In this document: one piece after another, positions 27,113 through 36,428 of the stretch
Layout of the letters: every line of letters begins with the position of its first letter
Numbering within the stretch: the first letter of the stretch is position 1
From: an uncultured Spirochaetaceae bacterium
Lineage (GTDB): Bacteria; Myxococcota_A; UBA9160; UBA4427
NCBI GenBank assembly: GCA_964565565.1
Contig: CAZMFM010000013.1
Coordinates: 1 to 60,921 of the forward strand
DNA length: 60,921 nucleotides
Direction of reading: 5' to 3'
Notes under the pieces: generated by a model
What the model saw: the letters and a program-made list of their open reading frames with translations, nothing else
Database searches by the model: none
What the model was told of the DNA's origin: nothing
Program-made: the position numbers and the translations under genes

Positions 27113-29173
27113 CTAGAGACGGAAGCGGTCGATCTCTTCTTCGAGTCGTTGCGCATGGGCCGAGAGGTCCGAAACTGTTTCGTTCGCCTGCGCCGCCCGG
27201 CGTGTGCTTTGGACCGTCACTTCGCGAAAGATCTGAAGCGCTTCTTGGATCTGGTCGGCACGCTTGCTCTGCCCCTGGGTCTCGATCAGGATTTCCTTGA
27301 TGCGCGCCGCAACAACTTCGACGGAACGGGTGATCATGCTCGATTCTCGCCTCTGTTCCTGCGCGGCGTTCTTGACCTCGAGTCCGAGATCGAGCATTTG
27401 AGCGACACCGCGGGTAATTTCGGCACCCGCATTGTCTTGTTCGTGGGTGCCGCGGTTGAGCTGCATCGCAGTTTCCTTGACCTGCTTCATGGCGATGCCC
27501 ACCTGGTCGATATCAGCGGCCTGACCTCGAGTTGCTTCGACGATTTCCTTCGCCCACCGCGTCGACTGATGCGAGCTCTCGCCGATTTCACGCAAGATTC
27601 GTCCGGCCTCGTTCGTGAGACCCACACCCCGTTCGACCCGTGTCGCGCCCTGCTCCATCGCGCTCACAGCATTGAGAACCCCGTCCTGCACCGATTCAAT
27701 CAACTCACCGATCTGACGCGTACTATTGGCCGTTCGCTCGGCAAGACTGCGAACCTCTTCAGCAACGACCGAAAAGGCACGACCATGTTCACCTGCCTGC
27801 GAGGATATGATCGCCGCGTTCAGCGCAAGCAGATTGGTTTGTTCGACGACCGACTCGATCACCTTCACCACGGCACCGATCGAATCGCTCTTTTCGGAGA
27901 GGTCCGAAATGATGGATTCGATGCCCTTGAAGGAAGCCTGGATCTGCTCCATCCCCTCGACCGTTCCATGAACGGCCGCCACGCCTTGCTCAGCCTTCTG
28001 TGAAGTTTCATTCGAGAGAACGTGGCTTTCGCGCGCGTTCGTCTCGACCTGACGGACCGAGTCTGAGAGCAGCTCGAGTGCCCCGGCCGTCGATTCAGTC
28101 GATTGGTTCAAGGTGTCCGCGCTAAGCGCAATCTCACGAATAGCACCGGTCATCTCGACCACGCTCGAAGCGGTGGTGTCGATGATTTCGGAAAGATTGT
28201 CGATATGGGCGCTGGTCTCGGCAATCGATGAATCCATCTCGATCGCCGCACTGGAGGTCTCGATGGCGGTCTCCGAAAGCGATTCGACCCCGGCGTTGAC
28301 CGTGTGGGTGGACGCGGTGATTCGTTCGATCGCATCGGCGGTTTCTTCGACGGCTTGTTCCTGTCGCGCCGCCTCTTCGCGCATCGACGCGCTGGACGCT
28401 TCGAGCTGCTCGGTGGCCCGGGCGACGTAGCGCGTATTCTCTCCGACCTTGGCGACGAGCCCGCGCAGGCTGAGAACCATTGCGTTGAAAGCGCTTGCCA
28501 GAACGCCCATCTCGTCGTCCCGTTGAACATTGACCTGGTTCGACAGATCTCCACCCGCCATGGCTGCTGAACTCTCGACCAGGATCTCGAGGGGATCGGC
28601 GATATGCCGTCGAAGTCGCGCCGCCCCGTACCACGAAAGGAAGAGCGAGACGAATAGAACCGATACGACGATTCCAATCGATGTGTAGAGAAAGCTCGTG
28701 ACCTGATTCGTATCGGAGCGAATGAAGACCATCCCGAGCTCTTCGTCTCCGGACATGATTCGAGTCGCCAACTCAATGTGATTGCGGCTCCACCGGGGTA
28801 CGAAGGAGAACTCGTTCGGAGAGCTGAAGCCAATAATGTCCGCGCGGGCGTATTTCGCAAAAACCTGCCCGTCGCTTCTGTAGACGATGGCCCCCTCGAT
28901 CGACTCTTCAGCCTTCAGGGCACGAAGCGTCTCCGTCGCGACCTGGTTGTCATTGAAGAGAAGGGATGCTTCGGAGTTGCCACCAATCAACTCCGCCAAC
29001 GCGATGAGGTTTTCATTCATCACGCTCTGGAACTGAAGATAGGCCGTCCCGAAGATCGCCGAGGATGCCAACAAGACGACGAGTCCTGTCGTTGCGAAGA
29101 ATTCCCGAACGATGCGCCTCTGAATCGAATTGTTCCCAACGTCGAATGCACTCATTGATCGAATCCTGCCCAT
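27113..29173 (-). CDS. Methyl-accepting chemotaxis protein with CHASE8-like periplasmic sensor and HAMP domain
   Basis: TM1; ASLLFNDNQVATETLRAL...VYRSDGQVFAKY; TM2; HAMP (DDEMGVLASAFNAM); signalling hairpin QTNLLALNAAIISSQAGEHGRAFSVVAEEVRSLAERT. Confidence 0.92.
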   Translation of the reverse strand: MGRIRSMSAFDVGNNSIQRRIVREFFATTGLVVLLASSAIFGTAYLQFQSVMNENLIALAELIGGNSEASLLFNDNQVATETLRALKAEESIEGAIVYRSDGQVFAKYARADIIGFSSPNEFSFVPRWSRNHIELATRIMSGDEELGMVFIRSDTNQVTSFLYTSIGIVVSVLFVSLFLSWYGAARLRRHIADPLEILVESSAAMAGGDLSNQVNVQRDDEMGVLASAFNAMVLSLRGLVAKVGENTRYVARATEQLEASSASMREEAARQEQAVEETADAIERITASTHTVNAGVESLSETAIETSSAAIEMDSSIAETSAHIDNLSEIIDTTASSVVEMTGAIREIALSADTLNQSTESTAGALELLSDSVRQVETNARESHVLSNETSQKAEQGVAAVHGTVEGMEQIQASFKGIESIISDLSEKSDSIGAVVKVIESVVEQTNLLALNAAIISSQAGEHGRAFSVVAEEVRSLAERTANSTRQIGELIESVQDGVLNAVSAMEQGATRVERGVGLTNEAGRILREIGESSHQSTRWAKEIVEATRGQAADIDQVGIAMKQVKETAMQLNRGTHEQDNAGAEITRGVAQMLDLGLEVKNAAQEQRRESSMITRSVEVVAARIKEILIETQGQSKRADQIQEALQIFREVTVQSTRRAAQANETVSDLSAHAQRLEEEIDRFRL

Positions 29174-29201
29174 CCTTCGCTAGCGATTGTTGAAATTCCC
29201 A

Positions 29202-29786
29202 CTACTCGACGACCTTTGCCAAGCGAAGAAGACGTGAACTGATCTTGAGTCCGACGTTCTTCGCCGCCGTCGGATTGATCTCGAAGCGAACCCGGTTCTC
29301 CGCTCGAAAGAAATTGGCGATCCCGCCGGCGCTCGCAAAGCCCTCTCGGTCCGCGATCGCAAAAACACTCTGTCCACGCAATGCGACAACCGCGTCTGCG
29401 TGAGAAGCATTCGCCTCGCGACCGATGAAGAGAATGTGACAATCCCCGGACGACCCGAAGTTGGGAATCGCTCGAACGGCGACGGAGCGCTTGTCGACCG
29501 ACTTGCCCGACACCGTTTTCTCGACGACGTCAGCAAAGTCAGCCGCGCCGAGAACGCAGATCTCTACGGGCGAACTGCGCTGATCGAAGGCATTCTTCGG
29601 CCATTCGACGTAGCGCGCGAAGTTGAAGAGAAAGGCGGCCATGATCTGGTCTTCGGATTGTGCATGGGCCTTCGGAGCGAGGACGAAAGAAGCCATGAGC
29701 AGGGACGCGATCGTGGCGAGAACGATGCCGATCGGAGAGGCGGCGTGCGCACTTCGAATTCTGTGGGTCGCGCTCGCTCGAGGCAC
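29202..29786 (-). CDS. YfiR/HmsC-family periplasmic protein (DUF4154)
   Basis: Signal peptide ending AHA; AAFLFNFARYVEWP, ICVLG, CHILFIG, VRFEINPTAA, LKISSRLLRLA. Confidence 0.9.
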   Translation of the reverse strand: MPRASATHRIRSAHAASPIGIVLATIASLLMASFVLAPKAHAQSEDQIMAAFLFNFARYVEWPKNAFDQRSSPVEICVLGAADFADVVEKTVSGKSVDKRSVAVRAIPNFGSSGDCHILFIGREANASHADAVVALRGQSVFAIADREGFASAGGIANFFRAENRVRFEINPTAAKNVGLKISSRLLRLAKVVE

Positions 29787-29933
29787 GCTTCGAACTCCAG
29801 TCGGTCAACAAAGGACTTTCTCACCCGAGTTCATCGGCAGTTCGTGTGCGAAAGAAAACCCCTCCCGAAGATTCCCAGAACGGACGGGGGTAAATTGCCC
29901 CGTGAAATTCGTCTCGGAAAGAGCACGCCTCGG

Positions 29934-30938
29934 ATGACCCCGCAGATCTCGATCCTGATCCCCGTCTACAACGCGGAAACCACCCTTTCCGCGTGTCTAG
30001 AGAGTGTCATTCGCCAACGGGGCATCGGCTGGGAATGCATCCTCGTCGATGACGGATCGACAGACCGATCCCTCGAAATCGCTCACCACTTCGCGAGCAA
30101 GGACCCTCGCATTCGCGTCCATTCCCGATCCCATGCCGGCCTTGTCCCGACCCTCAATGCGGGAATCACGCTTTGTCTCGGCCCGATCATCGCGCGCATG
30201 GACGCGGACGATTGGATGCATCGCGACCGCCTTCGACGACAGGCCGAAATGCTAGACGCCCATCCGGAACTCGAGGCCGTCGGTTGTTTCGCACGAAATT
30301 TTCCCCGAGCCCAGGTGCGAGCCGGACGTCGACGCTACGAGGCCTGGCTGCACTCCTTGAAGGACCCGGAAACGATCTGGCGCGAGCGCTTCATCGAATG
30401 TCCAATTGCCCATCCCACCCTGGCGATCCGACGAAAGCCTTTGCTCGAGCTCCGCTACCGGGATCGCGATTGGCCGGAAGACTATGACCTCCTGCTCCGA
30501 CTTCTCCGAAGAGGACCCTGCGTGGGCATCGTCACGCAACGACTCCTCGGCTGGCGCGAGGGTCCAATGCGGCTCTCCCGAATCGATCCACGTTATGCCA
30601 TCGACCGCTTCACGGCCTGTCGAGCCTGGCATCTCCACCGCGACTTTCTGGCGGACGCGCCCCACTACATTCTCTGGGGGCACGGTCGAACGGGACGTGC
30701 GCTGCGCAAAGCACTGGCCGTCCACGGCCATCGCCCGGCCGCGATCGTCGACGTTCACCCACGACGGATCGGAAACGAGATCGGTGGTGTGCGCGTGATC
30801 TCGCCATTGGCACTCGCCGACCAACCAGCCCATCCGGTCGTCGTTTCAGTCGCCGGTCTCGAACCACGAAACGAAATCCGCGCAGCACTCGGCGCGCTCG
30901 CCTATCGCGAGGGAATCGAGTTCGTTTGTGCGGCTTGA
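29934..30938 (+). CDS. Glycosyltransferase family 2 with C-terminal Rossmann-like extension
   Basis: SILIPVYN, VDDGSTD, ARMDADD (DxD), PEDYDL; C-terminal ILWGHGRTG. Confidence 0.88.
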   Translation: MTPQISILIPVYNAETTLSACLESVIRQRGIGWECILVDDGSTDRSLEIAHHFASKDPRIRVHSRSHAGLVPTLNAGITLCLGPIIARMDADDWMHRDRLRRQAEMLDAHPELEAVGCFARNFPRAQVRAGRRRYEAWLHSLKDPETIWRERFIECPIAHPTLAIRRKPLLELRYRDRDWPEDYDLLLRLLRRGPCVGIVTQRLLGWREGPMRLSRIDPRYAIDRFTACRAWHLHRDFLADAPHYILWGHGRTGRALRKALAVHGHRPAAIVDVHPRRIGNEIGGVRVISPLALADQPAHPVVVSVAGLEPRNEIRAALGALAYREGIEFVCAA

Positions 30939-30958
30939 ACTGGCAAGCCGGCGCGGCT

Positions 30959-32356
30959 TCAGAACTCGGCCTGTCCCGGCGCCCGGGGAAACGGCGAAAC
31001 GTCGCGGATATTCGCCATCCCGGTCATGAATTGAATGATCCGCTCGAAGCCGAGACCGAATCCCGCGTGGGGCACACTGCCGTAGCGGCGCAGATCGAGA
31101 TACCACCAATAGTCATCGGGATCGAGGCCTTGTGCACGAATCGTTCCTTCGAGAACGTCGAGTCGATGTTCACGTTGAGAGCCGCCGATAATCTCGCCCA
31201 CTCCCCCTAACAAGACATCCATCGCAGCGACCGTTTCCTGATCATCGTTTCGATACATATAGAAGGCCTTGATCGAGGCGGGCCAATCGGTCACCACGAT
31301 CGGTCGACCAACATGCTTCTCCGTCAGCCAACGCTCGTGCTCGCTTTGCAGGTCGAGCCCCATCCCGACTGGAAATTCGAATTTTTCTCCCGACGCCTCC
31401 AGAGCCGAAATTGCCTCGCAATAGGGAAGCCTTTCAAAGGGCTCATCGATCACGGTTTTCATTCGCGTAATCGCCTCGGATTCGACCCGCTTCTCGAAGA
31501 AGGCCATGTCGTCCTCGCATCGATCGAGTACTTCGGCAAAAACGGATTTCAGGAATCGCTCCGAAAGATCGGCCAAACCCTCGAGGTCACAGAAGGCGAC
31601 TTCGGGTTCGACCATCCAGAACTCGGCCAGGTGTCGCGTCGTATTCGAATTCTCTGCACGAAAGGTTGGACCGAAGGTATAGACGCGAGAGAGCGCGAGC
31701 GCACCGATCTCCGCTTCGAGCTGGCCCGAAACGGTCAAATAGGTTGGGCGACCGAAGAAGTCGCCGGTCTGATCGATCGAGCCATCCTCTGCTCGTTTGA
31801 CTTCCCCCGGCGCTTGCGTCGTGACGCGAAACATCTCGCCCGCCCCTTCGGCGTCCGAACCCGTCACGATCGGCGTGTGCAGGTAGAAGAACTCCTCCCG
31901 CTGGAAAAAATCGTGAATCGCCATCGAAGCCGCGTTACGCACGCGAAGTACCGCGCCGATCGTATTCGTACGCGGACGGAGATGAGCAACCGTGCGCAAG
32001 AATTCGAAACTATGGCGCTTCTTCTGCAGCGGATATCCATCCGCAACATCGCCGACGAGTTCGACGCGGGTCGCGTGCAGCTCGAACCGTTGCCCCTTTC
32101 CCGGCGAGTCGACGACCTGTCCGACGGCGACGATCGCGCAACCGGTCGAAAGGCTCCGCACGACGGACTCGTAGCCTTCGGTTTCGGGACCCGCGACGAC
32201 TTGCAGTCCGTCCATGCAACTTCCATCGTTGACATCGAGGAAGGAGACTTCCTTCCCGTGACGCACCGTGCGAAGCCAGCCTTGTACGCGGCCATCCTCG
32301 CCCGAGGTGGAGCGGCGCAGCATGGCGCGAATCGACTCGAACTTCATTTCACTCAC
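30959..32356 (-). CDS. asnS: Asparagine--tRNA ligase
   Basis: HLRPRT, DAEGAGEMF, LTVSGQL, FRAENSNTTRHLAEFWMVEPE, GEIIGGSQRE, PHAGFGLGFER. Confidence 0.96.
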   Translation of the reverse strand: MSEMKFESIRAMLRRSTSGEDGRVQGWLRTVRHGKEVSFLDVNDGSCMDGLQVVAGPETEGYESVVRSLSTGCAIVAVGQVVDSPGKGQRFELHATRVELVGDVADGYPLQKKRHSFEFLRTVAHLRPRTNTIGAVLRVRNAASMAIHDFFQREEFFYLHTPIVTGSDAEGAGEMFRVTTQAPGEVKRAEDGSIDQTGDFFGRPTYLTVSGQLEAEIGALALSRVYTFGPTFRAENSNTTRHLAEFWMVEPEVAFCDLEGLADLSERFLKSVFAEVLDRCEDDMAFFEKRVESEAITRMKTVIDEPFERLPYCEAISALEASGEKFEFPVGMGLDLQSEHERWLTEKHVGRPIVVTDWPASIKAFYMYRNDDQETVAAMDVLLGGVGEIIGGSQREHRLDVLEGTIRAQGLDPDDYWWYLDLRRYGSVPHAGFGLGFERIIQFMTGMANIRDVSPFPRAPGQAEF

Positions 32357-32559
32357 TCTTTAGACCTCTCGACACGCCTTGGTCCACGGGATCCGACCCA
32401 CACCTCGAATCGCGTCCCCAACGATTCCCACCTGACTACGGGCGGTAGAGTACCCTTTGCGGCGGTCGGCCCGCTATGATTCGAGCCCTCGATCTGCCCT
32501 TCGCTTTCTTTCTTCCGTTTTCCCGGATGATCCCGGGATGGTCCCGGACGAAATGGTTC

Positions 32560-33465
32560 ATGCCGACAGCAACGACGATCAATTGGTTTCCCGGACACAT
32601 GAACCGCGCGCGACGCGAGATCGCGGCAGCGATCGCGAAAGTCGATGTCGTGATCGAACTCGTCGACGGGCGGTTGCCCGTCTCGAGCGGCAACCCGCTG
32701 ATCCGAGAGCTTGCGGTGAAGAAGCCGATTCTCACCATCCTGGCCAAGTCGGATCTCGCGGACCCTGACACGACCGAGGCCTGGCTGGACGCCTGGCCGG
32801 GCGAGCGACCGCTGGCACTGACGATGACCGACCACAAAAGCGTACGCGCCATTCCCAAGCGATGTCGTGAACTCGCTCCGAACCGCGGCGGGCCGGGACG
32901 TACGCTGCGGACCCTCGTCGCGGGCATTCCCAACGTCGGCAAGTCGACCCTGATCAACACGCTGATCGGGCGGCGGATCGCCAAGGTCGGCGACCGGCCG
33001 GCCATCACACGACGGGCGGCGAGATTCGAACTCGATTCAGATCTGTCGATCTTCGACTCTCCCGGTGTGCTTTGGCCGAAACTCGACGATCAGGAGGGCG
33101 CTCGTCGGTTGGCGGCGAGCGGAGCGATCGGAAGTGCCGCCTTCGAGCCGGTCGACGTGGCGGGATGGGCCGTCTGCTTCCTCGCACAGCGTTATGCCGA
33201 ATCGCTCGTCGAGCGATTCAAGATCGAAGAGGAGTTTGAAGACATTCTCTCCGCGACCTCCGACGATCCGGACGACGTATCCCGGGCGATTGCCTTGCTG
33301 GAGGCCGTTGGCCGGAGGCGGGGTGCACTCCGATCGGGAGGCCATGTCGACCTGGACCGTGCCGCCGACCTCTTCCTTCGAGAGTTGCGCGGAGGAAAAA
33401 TCGGCGCGATCAGCTTCGAACGCCCCTCGGACCATCTGGCTGACGAGCTCAACCAGGACAACTAG
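32560..33465 (+). CDS. ylqF: Ribosome biogenesis GTPase YlqF/RbgA
   Basis: INWFPGHM, circularly permuted G4 (AKSD) - G1 (GIPNVGKST) - G3 (DSPG), ELRGGKIGAISFE. Confidence 0.92.
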   Translation: MPTATTINWFPGHMNRARREIAAAIAKVDVVIELVDGRLPVSSGNPLIRELAVKKPILTILAKSDLADPDTTEAWLDAWPGERPLALTMTDHKSVRAIPKRCRELAPNRGGPGRTLRTLVAGIPNVGKSTLINTLIGRRIAKVGDRPAITRRAARFELDSDLSIFDSPGVLWPKLDDQEGARRLAASGAIGSAAFEPVDVAGWAVCFLAQRYAESLVERFKIEEEFEDILSATSDDPDDVSRAIALLEAVGRRRGALRSGGHVDLDRAADLFLRELRGGKIGAISFERPSDHLADELNQDN

Positions 33466-33485
33466 ACCAACTAGGCCAACTAGGC
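33459..33485 (+). repeat. 9-nt tandem repeat x3 containing the ylqF stop codon
   Basis: caactagac caactaggc caactaggc. Confidence 0.8.
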
Positions 33486-33509
33486 CATTCGAACCCCGAC
33501 GCGCTTCGC

Positions 33510-34508
33510 CTAATGCGAACGTCTCGTCGGCTTGGCCGATCGAGCCGAGTCGCTGAGTTCGTCGAGCAGTCTGAGATAGGCTTGATGCCGCCTAGCGTCG
33601 ATCTCACCCCGCTCGATGGCCGCAAGGATCACGCAATCGGGCTCGCTTCGATGGAGGCAGTCGCGGAAGCGACAACCGGATTCGGTGACCGCTTCAAAGC
33701 CTGGAAAGAAGGCTGCCGCTTCCTGCGAATCGACGTCGACGGCGATGAAGTCCTTGAAGCCGGCCGTATCGACGAGTAATCCCCCGCCGGCCAGCTCGTG
33801 CAAAGTGGCGGTCGTCGTCGTATGGCGACCCTTCTGGCTGCCACGATTGAGTGCCGAAACCTGTAGCGCGAGATCCGGCACCAGAGCGTTCAGGAGCGAA
33901 CTCTTCCCGACCCCGGATGGACCAACGAGCGCGGCGATCTTTCCACCGGCCAAGATCTCGGGAATCGCCCCGACGCCTTCCCCGGTGACAGCGGAAACCC
34001 GAAGCACGGCGCTCGACGCGCCGTAGATCTGCAGCAACTTGTCTGCCAGTTCCGTCGCAGACTCTTGGTCCAGTTTGTTCAGGATGAGAATCGGATCGAT
34101 CCCCGCGGCGCGGGCGATCACGAAGCCGCGATCGATATACCCGGGCGGTTCCCGCGGCTCTGGCGCGATCACGATTCCCAAGAGATCGAGGTTGGTGGCG
34201 ATGGTGCGCTCTCGGCCGCGCGCGTCCATGCGGCGAAGAACACCATGAGCGTCGGCCACGACGAGCCGGTCCTTGATCACTACGACGCGATCACCGGCCA
34301 CGGCACGCTGATTCGGTGTCAACCAGATCTGACGTTCGCCTCCCGCATCGAATCGAACGAGCACGGCCACCCCGTGATGGGCCACGACTCGGCCGGCCTC
34401 TCCATTTGCCAATTCTTCTGCGCTCGGCGGATCATCGGCTGGATCCTCGCGCCCATTCTTGCCCGAACGCTTGCGCCTCGTATTCGAAGATTTCTTTCTC
34501 GCAGACAT
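33510..34508 (-). CDS. rsgA: Ribosome small subunit-dependent GTPase A
   Basis: LNKLD, GPSGVGKSS, GRHTTT, DTAG, zinc finger CRFRDCLHRSEPDC. Confidence 0.92.
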   Translation of the reverse strand: MSARKKSSNTRRKRSGKNGREDPADDPPSAEELANGEAGRVVAHHGVAVLVRFDAGGERQIWLTPNQRAVAGDRVVVIKDRLVVADAHGVLRRMDARGRERTIATNLDLLGIVIAPEPREPPGYIDRGFVIARAAGIDPILILNKLDQESATELADKLLQIYGASSAVLRVSAVTGEGVGAIPEILAGGKIAALVGPSGVGKSSLLNALVPDLALQVSALNRGSQKGRHTTTTATLHELAGGGLLVDTAGFKDFIAVDVDSQEAAAFFPGFEAVTESGCRFRDCLHRSEPDCVILAAIERGEIDARRHQAYLRLLDELSDSARSAKPTRRSH

Positions 34509-34511
34509 CGT

Positions 34512-36428
34512 TCACTCCGCCCAGAGTCGTTCGCCAAGGCCCGAATCTCGCGAGACACGTCGACCGACTGCGTCCCGGATCACATCCTCACTCGCATGGA
34601 TGCGAAGTCGTTGCCTGGCCCGGGTCACACCGGTGTAGATCAATTCGCGGGTCATGACGCGCGACAGGACATCACCCAACACGAGATCGACGACATCGAA
34701 TTCCGAACCCTGACTCTTGTGAACGCTCATCGCAATCGCGCTCTCATGAGCCGGCAGACGCCCCGCCGAGAGCGCGCGAATACCGCCCAGGCCGTCGGGA
34801 AAGATCGCGCGCAATCCGAGACTCGTCTCCTCGATCAAACCCACATCGCCATTCCAGAGGTTCTGCTCTGGCGCATTCCGAGTGACTAGCAGCATTCGCC
34901 CGAGCCACCAGCCCGACCTCGCGGTCGTATGCCGCTCCGCGGCGGCCGCATCATCGAGAATCGAGCACAACGCTTCGACGCCAAGGGGCCCGCGACGATG
35001 CGCGCAAAGTACACGATAGCCACGCAGTTGCTCGAGTTTGTCATTCGCCCCATTCGTTGCTTCGATCGCTTGATGAATCGGGCGACAATGCGAAACCAAC
35101 CGCGCTCGCACGTCGCTGACCGAAGCGATCGAAAATCGTTCGACTTCAGGACAAGCCGGATCATCGAGAATCTCGATCACACTGTCGGCTTCGCCGCGCC
35201 GAATCGCCTCAGCCAGTCGGTCGATGCCCCCGGACTCCGCGAAACGATGACTCGTCCGCAAACGCACGACCGAGTCGCCAAGCCCCGTCGTCGCATCTGG
35301 AGAATTCGATCGGGCGCGAAAGTCGGGCGAGACGCCCTCCCCTACCCCTCGACCCGCATCCTCTCTCCCATCTATTCGCTCACACATCTCCGATAGGACC
35401 GCACCGGAGTCGACCGAAGCCAGTTGCGAAGGATCGCCCAATAGAATGATTCGTCCGACGTCACGACAGGCATCAAAAAGTCTCGCCATCAAATCGAGAT
35501 CGACCATCGACGCTTCGTCGACGACGATGATGTCCTCAGCCAAAGACCAGGCGGGAGAGCGGCCGAAGACATCGCGGCGAGTTTGTGGATAGAGGGCGCG
35601 ATGAACGGTTTCCCCAGAAACGTCCATGGCCTGACGAATCTCCGTTGAAAGATCGAGGGCCTCGCGTTGAGAACTGAACGACGACGTCATCGCGGCGGCC
35701 GCCTTGCCAGTCGGCGCGAGCAATCGCACCCGTGGAACACTTCGTCCGCTCGCCAGGGCCTGCTCGACCAACAACGCAATCAAACGAGCGACCAGGGTCG
35801 TCTTTCCGGTTCCGGGTCCACCCGTCACGATCGCGAGGGGTCGCGCGAGCGCGGCTTCGAGGGCACGGCGCGGTGCATCATCATCGCCGCTCGAGTCTGA
35901 TATCAAACGGAGGATTCCAGATTCCGCGAGATCCCAATCCACCTCGAGGTCCGGACAATGCGTTCGCTCACGAACCAGGGAAGCCAAGAGGTCTTGACTC
36001 TGGAAGCACCTGCGAAGATAGAGTCGCCCCTTCTCGTCGAGCACCAACGGACGCGGCTCCGCCTCCTCGCGCACCTGCTTCCAAAGAACTTCCACCATGG
36101 GGCTGCTGCGAAGGGCGTCGAGCCAATCCTCGACGGAGTCGTTGGCGGCCAGCGCCGAGAAGGTCGCCACATCTCTACCGATTTCCGCCGTCAACCCCTC
36201 TCTCGCCAGACGACGAAGATCTGCACAGACATGACCCGCGGACTCCTGTCGACTAGCGATTGCCACCGCCCAACCCACCCCAGGATTCGTCTCGCCATAG
36301 AGCTTCGACAGTCGTCCGGCGAATTGCTGGTCAAGGACGCTGAGCAACCCGACCGATCGTGCGGAGTCGAGCAGCGCGTCGATGGACGAACGTGGCCAAT
36401 CGCGGTCCTGGATAGCCGGTGCGCTCAT
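34512..36428 (-). CDS. recD: Exodeoxyribonuclease V alpha subunit
   Basis: GHVC, TGGPGTGKT, APTGKAA, DEASM, LLGDPSQL, NGDVG, VHKSQGSEF, YTGVTRAR. Confidence 0.95.
   Translation of the reverse strand: MSAPAIQDRDWPRSSIDALLDSARSVGLLSVLDQQFAGRLSKLYGETNPGVGWAVAIASRQESAGHVCADLRRLAREGLTAEIGRDVATFSALAANDSVEDWLDALRSSPMVEVLWKQVREEAEPRPLVLDEKGRLYLRRCFQSQDLLASLVRERTHCPDLEVDWDLAESGILRLISDSSGDDDAPRRALEAALARPLAIVTGGPGTGKTTLVARLIALLVEQALASGRSVPRVRLLAPTGKAAAAMTSSFSSQREALDLSTEIRQAMDVSGETVHRALYPQTRRDVFGRSPAWSLAEDIIVVDEASMVDLDLMARLFDACRDVGRIILLGDPSQLASVDSGAVLSEMCERIDGREDAGRGVGEGVSPDFRARSNSPDATTGLGDSVVRLRTSHRFAESGGIDRLAEAIRRGEADSVIEILDDPACPEVERFSIASVSDVRARLVSHCRPIHQAIEATNGANDKLEQLRGYRVLCAHRRGPLGVEALCSILDDAAAAERHTTARSGWWLGRMLLVTRNAPEQNLWNGDVGLIEETSLGLRAIFPDGLGGIRALSAGRLPAHESAIAMSVHKSQGSEFDVVDLVLGDVLSRVMTRELIYTGVTRARQRLRIHASEDVIRDAVGRRVSRDSGLGERLWAE

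Noticed and set aside
29400-29933. N-terminal extension of the glycosyltransferase ORF
   Set aside because: Largely antisense to the yfiR-like gene; the GT2 fold starts at MTPQISIL.
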